Part shown: in pieces, positions 9,284-20,937 of the stretch
Layout: every line of letters starts with the position of its first letter
Position numbering within the stretch: position 1 is the first letter of the stretch
Assembly (NCBI GenBank): GCA_965199855.1
Contig: OZ241326.1
Coordinates: 2,784,001 to 2,848,000, forward strand
Length of the DNA: 64,000 bases
Source of the DNA: a bacterium
GTDB taxonomy: Bacteria > UBA8248
Direction: 5' to 3'
Notes under the pieces: generated by a model
What the model saw: only the letters and a program-made list of their open reading frames with translations
Told to the model about the DNA's origin: nothing
The model's database searches: none
Translations under genes and position numbers: made by a program

Positions 9284-10498
9284 CTAGGCGAGATACTTTT
9301 CCGGGTCTTTCAGAAACCCGACGGCCGCCTGCGCGAAGACGCCCGCGCCGACCGGCAGGGCGTCCTCGTCCAGGTCGAAGCGGTCGGAGTGCAGCCCGTG
9401 AACGAAGCCCTTCTCCTCGTTCAGCACGCCCACGCGGAACATCGCCCCGGGACGCTCCGCCGTCATGTAGGCGAAATCCTCCGCCCCCATCGAAAGCGGC
9501 ATCTCGCGCACGTTCTCCGCGCCGAGGACCCGCTCGCCTGCGTCCCGGACGAGCGCGGCGGCCGCCTCGTGATTCACCAGGGCGGGATAGCCCGGCGCGA
9601 TTTCGACCTCGATCTCCACGCCGAAGGCCTCCCCCACGCCGCGCGCCACCTCGCGCACCCGCCTGCGAACCATCTCCCTGACCCTCGGAGCGTGCGTGCG
9701 GACGGTTCCCCGCAGCCGCGCCTCCCGGGGGACGACGTTGACGGCGACGCCGGACTCGAAGCCCGTGACGGAGAGAACGGCGGCCTCCAGAGGGGCGACG
9801 TTTCTGCTCACGACGCTCTGGAGCGCGCTCACCAGATGCGAGGCGGCGAGCAGGGCGTCCTGCGACTGATGGGGGTAGGCCGCGTGCGAGCCCTCTCCCC
9901 GAACGTGCAGGAAGAGCTTGTCCGAGGTCGCCATGACGGAGCCCGCGCGGACGCCGATGCGGCCCGCCGGCATACCGGGCCACACGTGGGCGGCGATGAG
10001 CATATCCACCCGCGGCTCCTCCAGCACGCCCTCCTCCACCATTCTCCTGCCGCCCGCCTTGCCCTCCTCGGCGGGCTGAAAGATGAACTTGACGCCGCCG
10101 CCCAGGCCGTCGAGCCGGTCCCCGCCGCCGGCGAGCAGGCGCGCCGCGCCCAGCAGCATGGCCACGTGGGCGTCGTGGCCGCAGGCGTGCATCTTCCCCG
10201 GGCGGCGGCTCCTGTAGGGCGCCTCGTTCGCCTCCTCTATGGGGAGGGCGTCCATGTCGGCGCGGATGCCGAGAACGGGGCCGGGGCGTCCGGCGTCGAG
10301 CAGGCCGACCACCCCCGTCTCCGCGACGCCCGCGCGGACGCCGAGACCCAGGCTTTCGAGATTCTCCGCGATGAGCCGCGCCGTCTCGCGCTCCTCGTAG
10401 CCGAGCTCCGGGTTCATGTGAATCCCGCGCCTGATCTCCGAAAGCCAGGGCCGCAGGGACAGGGCGGCGTCGCGCATCGATTGCGGCGTATCCATCAC
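9284..10498 (-). CDS. M20 family amidohydrolase
   Basis: RADMDALP, MHACGHDAH, FQPAEEG, GAEDF, LHS. Confidence 0.92.
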   Translation of the reverse strand: MMDTPQSMRDAALSLRPWLSEIRRGIHMNPELGYEERETARLIAENLESLGLGVRAGVAETGVVGLLDAGRPGPVLGIRADMDALPIEEANEAPYRSRRPGKMHACGHDAHVAMLLGAARLLAGGGDRLDGLGGGVKFIFQPAEEGKAGGRRMVEEGVLEEPRVDMLIAAHVWPGMPAGRIGVRAGSVMATSDKLFLHVRGEGSHAAYPHQSQDALLAASHLVSALQSVVSRNVAPLEAAVLSVTGFESGVAVNVVPREARLRGTVRTHAPRVREMVRRRVREVARGVGEAFGVEIEVEIAPGYPALVNHEAAAALVRDAGERVLGAENVREMPLSMGAEDFAYMTAERPGAMFRVGVLNEEKGFVHGLHSDRFDLDEDALPVGAGVFAQAAVGFLKDPEKYLA

Positions 10499-10559
10499 GG
10501 ACCCCTTGAAATCGCCTGATCGTCCCCCGGAGCAGGCAGGAAGGCTTCTTCCCCGAAAA

Positions 10560-12233
10560 TCAGAAGTCCTCCGGGGAGAACTCGGGCAGCGCCCTCAGCG
10601 CCGCCTTGATATCCTCGCGCTTGTGCTTGCGGGTCGTGGTCTTGGGCATCTCCTCGTCGAGCCAGAGGAAAAAGCCGGCCGGCCTCTTGTAGTCCGCCAG
10701 CTGCGCCCCCAGGCGCCTGAGTTCGGCGTCGGCCAGCGCCGTCCGCTCCTCGCGCCCTTCCGGCAGGCCGGCCGCCTCGGGGTCGAGGGCGAGGACGGCG
10801 AAGACCTCCTCCCCGCCGCGCGGCGTTCTCCTCCCCAGGACGCACGCCTCCCGGAACCATGCGCTTCCCAGAAGATGCTCCTCCACCTCTTCGGGATAGA
10901 CGTTTCGGCCGGATTCGGAGACGATGACGTTCTTGGAGCGGCCGCAGATGGTGAGGTAGCCCGCCTCGTCCACCCGGCCGACGTCCCCGGTGCGGAACCA
11001 CCCCTCGCGCAGGACTTCGGCCGTGAGCTCCGGGTTCTCGAAATAGCCGCGCATCACGTTCGGCCCGCGTATGAGGACTTCCCCCTCGCCCGCGTCCGCG
11101 CCCTCCACGGGCTCGACCCGCGCCTCCACGCCCGGTATCGGGGGGCCGACGGTTCCGATTCTGTTGCGCGCCCCCGGCGGATTCGCGTGGGTGATGGGGG
11201 AGGTCTCCGTCAGGCCGTATCCCTGGATCACCTCGATTCCCAGCGCGAGCAAATCGCGCGCCACGCCCGCGTCGAGCGCGGCGCCCCCGCTCACGAAATA
11301 GCGCAGATTCCCGCCGAGGCTCTTCCGCACCTGCGGAAACAGCGCCCCCCCGACGCGCCAGCCCATCGACAGGCAAAGCCCGGAGAGCGCGAACAGGAGG
11401 CGGAAGACCACCCTCTTCGCCCCCGCCAGCGATTCGACGCCGGCGAAGACGCGCTTGTGGATGAGCCGCGCGAGGGCCGGCACCATCAGGCAGATGGTGA
11501 CGCCCTCGCCGCGCATGGCGTCGGCGATGAGGCGCGGGTTCAGCGAGGCGAGGTAACGCACGCCGGCGCCGCTCATCAGGGGAATCAGCAGGCCGCCCGT
11601 GCTCTCGAACATGTGGTGAAGCGGCAGAATCGAGAGAAAGACGTCCCCCTCCCCCGCCTCGAAGGTTCCGAGCACGGCGCGCACGTTGGAGGCGATGTTC
11701 CCGTGGGTGAGCATGACGCCCTTGGGCGCGCCCGTCGTTCCCGAGGAGAAGGAGATGAGCGCGAGGTCGTCCGCCCCCCGCCCCGCGCCCGGAAGCTCCG
11801 CAGGCGATGGACCAGCCTCCCTCTCCCCGTCGAAGCGCAGGACCTCGCAGGGAGCGGACGCGCCTTTCGCCAGCGCGCGGGCGCGCTCCTCTCCCCCCGA
11901 GTCCGTCAGGAGGCAGACGGGCCGCGCCCTCGATAGGACGTTCGAGAGCTCGCCGTCCTTCAGGTTCACGTCCAGGGGGACGAAAACGCCGCCCGCGAGC
12001 AATACGCCGAAATAGCCCACCGCCCACTCCGGCTGGTTCGGCGCGAGCAGGGCGACCATGTCCCCCGGCTTCGCGCCCGCCTCCATGAGCGCGCGCGCCA
12101 GGGCGGACGCGCGCCCGAGCAAATCCCGCCTCGTGAGCGAGACGCGCCCCCGCCCCTCCACCTCGCCCTCCAGGGCCGTGGAATCGGGAAACTTCGCCGC
12201 CGCCTCGCTCAGGAGGCCGATCAGGGTGTCCAT
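10560..12233 (-). CDS. Long-chain acyl-CoA synthetase (AMP-binding)
   Basis: FSSGTTGAPKGV, LPLHH, QGYGLTET, WFRTGD, GRSKNVIV. Confidence 0.9.
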   Translation of the reverse strand: MDTLIGLLSEAAAKFPDSTALEGEVEGRGRVSLTRRDLLGRASALARALMEAGAKPGDMVALLAPNQPEWAVGYFGVLLAGGVFVPLDVNLKDGELSNVLSRARPVCLLTDSGGEERARALAKGASAPCEVLRFDGEREAGPSPAELPGAGRGADDLALISFSSGTTGAPKGVMLTHGNIASNVRAVLGTFEAGEGDVFLSILPLHHMFESTGGLLIPLMSGAGVRYLASLNPRLIADAMRGEGVTICLMVPALARLIHKRVFAGVESLAGAKRVVFRLLFALSGLCLSMGWRVGGALFPQVRKSLGGNLRYFVSGGAALDAGVARDLLALGIEVIQGYGLTETSPITHANPPGARNRIGTVGPPIPGVEARVEPVEGADAGEGEVLIRGPNVMRGYFENPELTAEVLREGWFRTGDVGRVDEAGYLTICGRSKNVIVSESGRNVYPEEVEEHLLGSAWFREACVLGRRTPRGGEEVFAVLALDPEAAGLPEGREERTALADAELRRLGAQLADYKRPAGFFLWLDEEMPKTTTRKHKREDIKAALRALPEFSPEDF

Positions 12234-12261
12234 GGGGTTTTCTCCCGCTGTCTAAGGCTAC

Positions 12262-14119
12262 ATCCGAAACACAAGCTAGCCTGATCGAAGATCAGCTTTT
12301 ACGTTATTTGCAAATACAATTTGCGAAAGATTCCTGAATGAGAGTATAAACGGGAGACTAGCGATTTTGAAAACAATTAAAATCAATCACCACGCGAGAT
12401 CAAAGAGCGGATTTCGGCATGAGCTATCGACAACCAAAACCAGACTCAAAGGAATACTCTGAACTAATCTATGAAATTGAGAAGGGAATTATCAAAATTC
12501 CGAAATTCCAGCGCGAGTTTGTTTGGAGTGTCGATAAAACCGCCAAATTATTGGACAGCATCCTTAGGGGTTATCCAATCGGCACATTCATCCTTTGGGA
12601 AACCGAGCAACGACTCAACGACGTCAAAAATGTCGGCAATTTGAAAATTCCCGACACTCCGGACGGAACCAAAGTGTAGTATGTCCTTGACGGTCAACAG
12701 CGTATCACGTCGCTTTTCGCTGCTTATCGTGGTGCCAAAATACAAAAGTCCGGCGAAAAAATGACCACCAATTACCATGACATCTTCGTCAACCTCGACT
12801 GCGAAAATGACGAGCAGATAATAACTTCCGAACCAACAGGGGATAAATACCTATCGCTTCATGACGTTTTGCATTTCGACTTTGAGAAAAGCGAAGAGCT
12901 AAAAGAAAATGGATTCAGTAAAAAAGAATTGGGGATTATTAGTAAGTACTCTATGGAGTTCAAGACTTACGAGTTTTCCACTGTGGTCTTGCGAAAAGAA
13001 GATATTGATTCGGCAATCGAGGTATTCACGCGCATTAACACAGGCGGGCAAACCCTCACGCTTTTTGAAATCATGTCAGCAAAAACCTATGACGAAACCC
13101 AAGACTTTGACATGCAAAAGAAGTGGAGGGGTTGCAACGAAGAACTTGAAAAAATCGGTTATGAGGGTGTTTCCAGCACAGTTATTTTGAACGTGCTTTC
13201 ACTGGTATTGAGTCGGACCAAGGAATGCAAGCGTAAAACTATTTTGGCACTGGACAAACAACCTATTATCAACTGTTGGGATGACGCTATTTCCGCTCTC
13301 AAGGAAAGCATCGACTATTTTAGAACCAAATACCGTATCCCGGTATCCCAACTCCTTCCATACGATTTTTTATTGGTGCCTTTCGCGTATTTCTTTTACA
13401 TCAACAAAAAATCGCCGGAGGGCGCTCAGCGAGATTATCTTCAGGAGTTTTTCTGGCGCATGTCCTTGTCATCTCGTTACTCCAGCTCAACGGAATCGAG
13501 GCTAGCTCAAGACATTAGAAGAATCAACCGCATATTGGATAATGAACGTCCCGATTACAGCGATATTAAAGGCAACCTTGACTACTCTCCGCAGTCTTTG
13601 ATTGATACGAATTTCAGCACAGGAAATAGTTACTGCAAAGCAGTTCTATGCTTGCTGGCCTCCCGGGAACCCAAAGACTTTCTGGATAACGGTAAAGTAA
13701 TTCTGGATAACTCGTGGCTGAAAATAGCGAGCAGCAAGAATTACCATCACTTTTTCCCCAGGGCTTATTTGAAGGACAAACCCACCGCTCCTAAAAGCAA
13801 CAGTTTGGTAAATATCACGTTGGTCAGCGATCTCCTGAATAAACAGCAAATCAGAGCGAAATCACCTTCCAGATATATCGCTGATTTTCAAAAAGAGAAC
13901 CCTAATCTCAATGAAGCATTACATTCCCACCTGATAGATATGGAAGGATTTGGCATCGGAAACGATGACTACGACGCCTTCCTTCAAGCTAGAGCTGAGT
14001 GGATGTACAAGGAACTTAAAGCCAGAACAGTCTGTGGATAGCGACGACTTTATCCGCTAAAAACCTATCATCTGGCAATCTCGCTTTCTCGCCGATTCAC
14101 CCTCGACACTATCCGAAAC
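12262..14119. mobile_element. AT-rich single-gene islet bounded by the 9-bp direct repeat ATCCGAAAC
   Basis: Abrupt drop in GC content. ATCCGAAAC occurs at 12262-12270 and 14111-14119, at the two compositional borders. No integrase or transposase inside. Confidence 0.55.
12419..14041 (+). pseudogene. DUF262 (GmrSD-like) protein interrupted by an in-frame TAG at 12677-12679
   Basis: IPKFQREFVW and LLDSILRGYPIG precede the stop; YVLDGQQRITS, VFTRINTGG and C-terminal HHFFP...N follow it in the same frame. Confidence 0.85.
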
Positions 14120-14842
14120 GCCTCGTCAGATCACATCAGGCGCTTTCGCACCTGCCAGGCGGCGAACTCGCCGGCGAAGACGAGCGCGATGATGGCCAGC
14201 ACCAGCACGCCCGACTTCTGCCACTGAAACTGCTTGACGTAGAGGAACACGTAAAACCCCAGCCCCCCCGCGCCGACCAGGCCCAGAACCGCGGAGTCGC
14301 GCAGGTTCATCTCGAAGCGTATGGCGAGGTGGGCGACCATCTGCGGCAGCACCTGGGGGATGAGGCCGTGCTGGATGATCTGGATGGAGGAGGCGCCCGT
14401 CCCCCGAAGGGCGAGCAGGGGTCTCGGGTCGGTCGCCTCGATCTCCTCCGCCACGAAGCGGCCGAGGACGCCGACGGAGTGGGCCGCCAGCGCCAGCGCG
14501 CCCGGGAAGGGCCCCAGCCCCACGGCGGAGACGAACAGCAGGGCGAGCAGCAGGAGCGGAATGGAGCGGATGAACGCCATGAGCGCCTTGACGGGCAGAT
14601 GCACCCAGGCGGGCGTCCAGTTCGAGGCGGCGAGCACGCCGAGCGGATAGGCGAACAGCGCGCCCAGAAACGTGCCGGCGATGGTGGTCTGCAGCGTCTC
14701 GACCGAGGCGGCCAGCAGAACGTCCCACACCGACCAGTCCGGCGGCGCCATGCGGCCGAAGAAGTGAAGCAGCCGGGGAATCCCCCGCCAGAACTGGCCG
14801 AAGGAGAACTCGGAGCCCCGGAACGACCAGAGCAGAAGCGCG

Positions 14843-15688
<846 letters not shown>

Positions 15689-15691
15689 TCT

Positions 15692-16600
15692 CTACTCCCT
15701 CAAAAAGCCATACTTGCGGGCCATGGCGGCCACCGGCTCGTAATGGGCGGGGCCGACGCGGACGTAGCCGTCCGTCCCGTACAGGGCGCGCCTGAGCGCG
15801 CGGCGCTCCGGCCGGTTCAGCTTCAGCATCGCCTCGATGAACGCTCGCCTCACGTCGGGCGCAAGCCCCCTGCGCGCGACCACGCCGTGGCTGGGAATGC
15901 GGGCGGACTGCGCGATGGCCGCGATCTCGCCGCGCCGTTCGGGCGGCAGAAGGTTGAGGGCGTATTGGCTGACGCCGGCGGCGTCCACGAAGCCGCCCGC
16001 CACCGCCTCCATCGCCTGCTGATCCCCGCCGGCAAAATAGACCCTGCGGAAAAACCCGCCCTCCGGCTTTTCCGGCCCGCCCTTCACGAGCCCCGCGCGG
16101 ACGAAGACGTCGTGGGGATACATGAAGCCCGAACTCGATATGGGATCGACGTAGGCGATCGTCCCGCCCCGGAGGTCGGCGAGCGTTTTGACGCCTCCGT
16201 CCCTGCGCGCGAAGATGCGGGAGTAATAGTAGGGCTTCCCCTCGTATATCTCGCCGAGAACGGCCTCGACCCCCGCGCGCCTGCTCGCCAGAACGTAGGG
16301 CAGGGGCGGCAGGAAGCTCACGTCCGCCTTCTCGGAGATCATGGCCTCCACCGCCGCCGAGTAGTTCAGGGTGATGAAATGGCGAACCTTCCGCCCCATC
16401 TCCCTTTCGAGAAACCGCATCGCGGGCCGCGCGCCGCTGATGAGCTTCTCCGGGTTCTCGATCGGGACGAACGCGATTCGCAGCTCCTCCCCGGCCTCGG
16501 CCGAATGGCCCGGCGCGGAGAGAAGCAGGGAGGCCGCGAGAAGAACCCTCCCCGACGCGCCTGACAAGAATTTCCGGGCGATGCGCATGGCGCTCCTCAT
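15692..16600 (-). CDS. phnD: PhnD/PtxB family substrate-binding protein
   Basis: Signal peptide, LRIAFVP, NYSAAVEAM, YYYSRI, DPISSSGFMYP. ATG 16600 overlaps the upstream stop (ATGA). Substrate not determinable from sequence. Confidence 0.8.
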   Translation of the reverse strand: MRSAMRIARKFLSGASGRVLLAASLLLSAPGHSAEAGEELRIAFVPIENPEKLISGARPAMRFLEREMGRKVRHFITLNYSAAVEAMISEKADVSFLPPLPYVLASRRAGVEAVLGEIYEGKPYYYSRIFARRDGGVKTLADLRGGTIAYVDPISSSGFMYPHDVFVRAGLVKGGPEKPEGGFFRRVYFAGGDQQAMEAVAGGFVDAAGVSQYALNLLPPERRGEIAAIAQSARIPSHGVVARRGLAPDVRRAFIEAMLKLNRPERRALRRALYGTDGYVRVGPAHYEPVAAMARKYGFLRE

Positions 16601-18561
16601 TTCAGCCTGTCCGCGTTTTTCTCGTAGAGGGCGCGGTAGGCCGCTATCTTCCCGTCCGCCGCCTTCGCGTCGCCGGCGAGGTGGGCGGCCAGCGCCTCCT
16701 CCAGCCTGTTCTCCATCTCGTCGAGAATCGGCAGATTCCCCTTGTCCTGAACGTCCCACTTGTGGGCGCGCACCTCGCGCGCCGTGGTTTTCAGCAGGAT
16801 GGCGATCAGCCCCCTCTTCCCTCTGCGCTTCAGGCGCTCGTAGGTGGAGAGAAAGAACCGGAACTCCTCCAGCTCCGCCTCCAGGGTGCGCGTCGTATCC
16901 TCCATGCCCTCCACGCCGTCCCCCACGGCCTCGAGATAGGCGGTGAGGTCGTCAACGTCCCGCTTGCCCAGGCCCAGCCCGAAGGATTCGTTGAACCACT
17001 CGCTCACCGCCCGCAGGGTGGGCAGGCTCCCGTCGTGGAAATAGGGCGCCGTGAACCCGGAGGAGAGCAGGGTGGGCGTGTCCAGCCCGCCCTGGCGGAA
17101 GGGCGTCCCCCTTCCGGTCGAGCCGATGTCGTGGCGCTTGTGATCCAGGAAATTCGCGCCCGGAACGTGGCAGTCCGCGCAGCTCATGCCGCCCATCATC
17201 CGCGGGAATTTCCGGTGGAATATCCGCTCGCCCCGAAGCGCGGCCCGCGAGACTTGTCCGGGGTCGAGCCTCCCGCTTTTTCGCAGCTTCGGGTTGGGCA
17301 GGAACTCGAACTCGTTCATGTAGGCGACGAGGCCGTCCATCAGCATCGGGTCGGGCTCCGGCCCGTCGAACTCGTTGACGATGACGTTGCGCGCGAACTC
17401 CCGCAGCGAGGCGAAGCGCCCGTTCCGCCCGTAGGGCGCGGTGAAGCGGATGCCCCGCAGATCCGGCGTGTCCAGCGGATCGTGCAGGCCGTTGTTGGCG
17501 TGGCCGGCGAAGAAGCTGTTGGACACGTCCAGCCCGCCCCTTCTCCGGGAAAGCCCGGGGATGAACAGCTTCGGGTTCGTCACCCCCTTGTTGTGGCAGG
17601 TGTTGCAGCTGATGCCCAGGCCGCGCGCGGGCTCGCCGAATATCTCCGGGCTGTCGAAGGCCATGTCGCCCAGGGCGATGAGAAAGGTCTCCGCCTCGCT
17701 CGCCCCGCGCTCCGCCATGCCGAGAATCTGCCGGGGGCGCGGCAGCTGCTTGTTGACGTCGGCGCCGGGCGGCAGACGCCAGGGGACTTTCGCCGTCTCG
17801 ACATACGTCGCGCTCGCCCCGGGGCGGGGGAGCAGCCGCTCCCGCCCGTCGGCGCGGAAGGCGGAGAAGTTCGCGTGGAAATACCGGCGGACGAAGGCGA
17901 GGCTCTCCCGGATTTTCCCGATATCCATCGGCTTCGCGCCGGCGCCCAGCACGCCCGCCGCCCCCAGATGAGAGCGCGCCTCCAGCCAGCGGAGCTGCAC
18001 GTTCCGCCACCCCTCGGGGTCCAGATGCGGCAGCGCCTCGCCGAAGGCGTGAGAAATTCTTCGCGCCTCGGCCAGGTCGCTCTCGACTTCCGCTCGCGCG
18101 GAATCCGCCCTGATCCGATCCAGCCGGGAGACGAGAAGCGCGGCGACGCCCCGCGTCGCCAGGGAGAAAACCAGGCGCCTGCCCCTCTCGCGCGCGGCGG
18201 TCGCGTCCCGCTTCCCGCCGCTCCCCTCCCCGGGACGCGCCGCCCGCCGCGCGGCGGCCAGCTCCTCCCGGAACCTTCCGGCGGCCTCCCGGTTCACGGC
18301 CTCGAGCGCGCGCCCGATGCGCCTCACGTCGGGCCACACCTGCTCCCAGACCACCGGATTCAGGTTCAGGATGAAGGCGGCGCGGCGATAGCTCTCGGCG
18401 ACCGGGTGCAGCTCCTCGGGAGGGACGACGTGCGCCCACGCCGCGCCGAAGCCCGTCAGGAGCGAGACGGCGGCCAGAAGACGCGCCGTCATCCCGGAAA
18501 GGGAAAATCGCCTCCCGCTCGGGCGGCATTTCTCCCCGGGAACCTCGGCGTCACGGCTCAT
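16597..18561 (-). CDS. Exported di-heme cytochrome c, peroxidase/MauG-like, with a long N-terminal helical extension
   Basis: Signal peptide ending AWA-H; two heme motifs CNTCH and CADCH; DTPDLRG..TAPYG and DTPTL....TAPYFHDG. Confidence 0.8.
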   Translation of the reverse strand: MSRDAEVPGEKCRPSGRRFSLSGMTARLLAAVSLLTGFGAAWAHVVPPEELHPVAESYRRAAFILNLNPVVWEQVWPDVRRIGRALEAVNREAAGRFREELAAARRAARPGEGSGGKRDATAARERGRRLVFSLATRGVAALLVSRLDRIRADSARAEVESDLAEARRISHAFGEALPHLDPEGWRNVQLRWLEARSHLGAAGVLGAGAKPMDIGKIRESLAFVRRYFHANFSAFRADGRERLLPRPGASATYVETAKVPWRLPPGADVNKQLPRPRQILGMAERGASEAETFLIALGDMAFDSPEIFGEPARGLGISCNTCHNKGVTNPKLFIPGLSRRRGGLDVSNSFFAGHANNGLHDPLDTPDLRGIRFTAPYGRNGRFASLREFARNVIVNEFDGPEPDPMLMDGLVAYMNEFEFLPNPKLRKSGRLDPGQVSRAALRGERIFHRKFPRMMGGMSCADCHVPGANFLDHKRHDIGSTGRGTPFRQGGLDTPTLLSSGFTAPYFHDGSLPTLRAVSEWFNESFGLGLGKRDVDDLTAYLEAVGDGVEGMEDTTRTLEAELEEFRFFLSTYERLKRRGKRGLIAILLKTTAREVRAHKWDVQDKGNLPILDEMENRLEEALAAHLAGDAKAADGKIAAYRALYEKNADRLK

Positions 18562-18602
18562 GCTTTCATGCCCCCCGCAACGAAAAACGCATCACGGGGG
18601 AA

Positions 18603-18632
18603 ATTCTACGGCGATTCCGAAAACGATGTCAA
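18603..18632 (-). promoter_or_regulatory. Sigma70-type promoter for the cytochrome-phnDCE operon
   Basis: Minus strand TTGACA-18 nt-TAGAAT, about 40 nt upstream of the ATG. Confidence 0.6.
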
Positions 18633-18767
18633 CGCATCCGCCAATATATTTTTAGATGCGTCTAAACTTTCAGGCGCGCCGTTGAATCGCCCGGCGAACG
18701 GCGGCTCTGTCGGCTCCGGCCGAAGCCGCCGAAAATGGAAAAAGGGGGCGCTTCCGGAAAAGCGACG

Positions 18768-18795
18768 AAAAAACCGGCCCCGAAGCGGGGCCGGT
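18768..18795 (-). terminator. Intrinsic terminator downstream of amtB-glnK
   Basis: 10-bp stem ACCGGCCCCG/CGGGGCCGGT followed by a T-run on the minus strand. Confidence 0.65.
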
Positions 18796-18925
18796 CTCTC
18801 GAAAGCCCGACGCCTGTTTTTTCAGCGGCCGATTCGGGGCCGGGCTTTCGCGGCCATGAAGCCGTCCGCCTCCCCGCCCCGGCTCGCCGATGGAATCGGA
18901 GACGCGGCGGGGTCGGCCCGGAGCC

Positions 18926-19267
<342 letters not shown>

Positions 19268-19322
19268 TCATTCCTCTCCAGGATGATGGATGGACGCATC
19301 CGGCGGAAGCGCGCCCCGCTCC

Positions 19323-20714
19323 CTAGGCCAGCCTCTCGCCCGCGTAGGCCTCCATGCCGTGCTCGGTCAGGTCGAGGCCCGCTGATTCCTCCTCGGCGGA
19401 GACGCGCACGCCCATGGCGGCCCGCACGACGCGCCAGAGGACGAAGGAGAGCGCGAAGGTGAACGCGCCGACCGCGGCGACGCCCGCGAGCTGCTTGACG
19501 AAAAGCCCCGCGCCGCCGCCGTAGAACAGCCCCGCGACGCTCTCGTCGACGGAGGGCGCGGCGAACAGGCCGAGCGCCAGCGTGCCGAAGACGCCGCACA
19601 CCAGGTGAACCGAGACCGCGCCGACCGGGTCGTCTATCCTGATCCTGTCCAGGAACGGAACGGAGAGGCACACGATGACGCCCGCGGCCAGGCCGATGAC
19701 GACCGCCCCCAGCGGGGTGACGTTGGCGCAGGGCGCCGTGATGGCGACCAGCCCCGCCAGCGCGCCGTTCACGCTCATGGAAAGGTCCGCCTTGCCGAAC
19801 ATGGCGCGGGAGGTGAGGCTCGACGCCGCGACGCCCGCCGAGGCGGCGAGGTTCGTCGTCACCGCGATGCGCGCGATGGCGTCCGGGTCGGCGGCCATCG
19901 CGCTGCCCGGGTTGAAGCCGAACCATCCGAGCCACAGGATGAAGCCGCCCAGGGTGACGAGCGGCATGTTGTGGCCGGGAATGGGCTGCGTCCGGCCGTC
20001 GGCGCCGTATTTTCCGAGCCGGGGGCCGAGGACGATGATGCCGGCGAGGCCCGCCCAGCCGCCCACGGAGTGAACCACGGTCGAGCCCGCGAAGTCGAGA
20101 AAGCCCATTCCGCCCAGCCAGCCGCCGCCCCAGATCCAGTGTCCCTGAACGGGGTAGATGACGGCGACGAGCAGGAAGCTGAAGATCATGAACGAGGAGA
20201 ACTTGACGCGCTCGGCCACGCAGCCCGAAACGATGGTGGCCGCCGTCGCCGCGAACACGAGCTGGAAGAAGAACTTCGCGTAGAGCGGCACGCCCGTCCA
20301 GCTGAGGGAGGAGAAGACGCCCTTGTAGAGGTCGCCCGTCGCCGGGCTGTTGTCCGCCCCCGACAGAAAAAAGCCGTTCGTTCCGAGGAGCGCGCCGCCG
20401 TCCCCGAACATGAGGGCGAAGCCCAGCATCCAGAACGCCAGGGAGGAGACGGCCACGACGCCGAAGTTCTTGTAGAGAATGGCCACCGCGTTCTTCGCCC
20501 GGCAAAGCCCCGATTCCAGCATGGCGAAGCCCGCGTGCATCCAGAACACCAGAAAGCCCGCCACCATCACCAGCATGGTGTCCGCCGCGACCCTCAGATC
20601 CGCGAGGCCCGCGGCCACGGCCTTCAAGTCCTGCGCCCAGGCGCCGGCGGCGAAGGCCAGCCACCCCGCGCCAAAGGCCAGCGCCGCCGTGATATGGAGA
20701 TTTCCTCGTCTCAT
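19323..20714 (-). CDS. amtB: Ammonium transporter
   Basis: GFAMLESG, DFAGSTVVHSVGG, LWLGWFGFNPGS, NGALAGLVAIT, IDDPVGAVSVH. Confidence 0.96.
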   Translation of the reverse strand: MRRGNLHITAALAFGAGWLAFAAGAWAQDLKAVAAGLADLRVAADTMLVMVAGFLVFWMHAGFAMLESGLCRAKNAVAILYKNFGVVAVSSLAFWMLGFALMFGDGGALLGTNGFFLSGADNSPATGDLYKGVFSSLSWTGVPLYAKFFFQLVFAATAATIVSGCVAERVKFSSFMIFSFLLVAVIYPVQGHWIWGGGWLGGMGFLDFAGSTVVHSVGGWAGLAGIIVLGPRLGKYGADGRTQPIPGHNMPLVTLGGFILWLGWFGFNPGSAMAADPDAIARIAVTTNLAASAGVAASSLTSRAMFGKADLSMSVNGALAGLVAITAPCANVTPLGAVVIGLAAGVIVCLSVPFLDRIRIDDPVGAVSVHLVCGVFGTLALGLFAAPSVDESVAGLFYGGGAGLFVKQLAGVAAVGAFTFALSFVLWRVVRAAMGVRVSAEEESAGLDLTEHGMEAYAGERLA

Positions 20715-20857
20715 GCCCCTTCCTCCCGATGCGCTTCGGCTCCCGCGAGAGCCCTGATGGAAATGCGTCTCCCCGACATGTACGCGGGCATTATTTCGGC
20801 GCCGTTTCCGCCGCGTTGCCCGCAGGTTAATAACGCCCGCGCGCGCGCCGCTTCGGT

Positions 20858-20886
20858 TTGACAGGCCGCGCCGGGCGTGCTAGCAA
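20858..20886 (+). promoter_or_regulatory. Putative sigma70 promoter for the CMD-cyclase pair
   Basis: TTGACA-17 nt-TAGCAA with an upstream TG extension. Confidence 0.45.
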
Positions 20887-20937
20887 TCTGCGGAACCCAG
20901 GCCGTTTTCGCCGAACCCCTCCCTTCAAGGAGACGCG

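Noticed and set aside
8994-9983. N-terminal third of the 967-aa ORF
   Set aside because: Arg/Gly-rich off-frame read-through across the M20 gene and tRNA-Glu; the real gene starts near 8978.
12677-12679. Pyrrolysine or genetic code 15 recoding of TAG
   Set aside because: TAG ends several clearly complete genes in this window and no pyl genes are visible.
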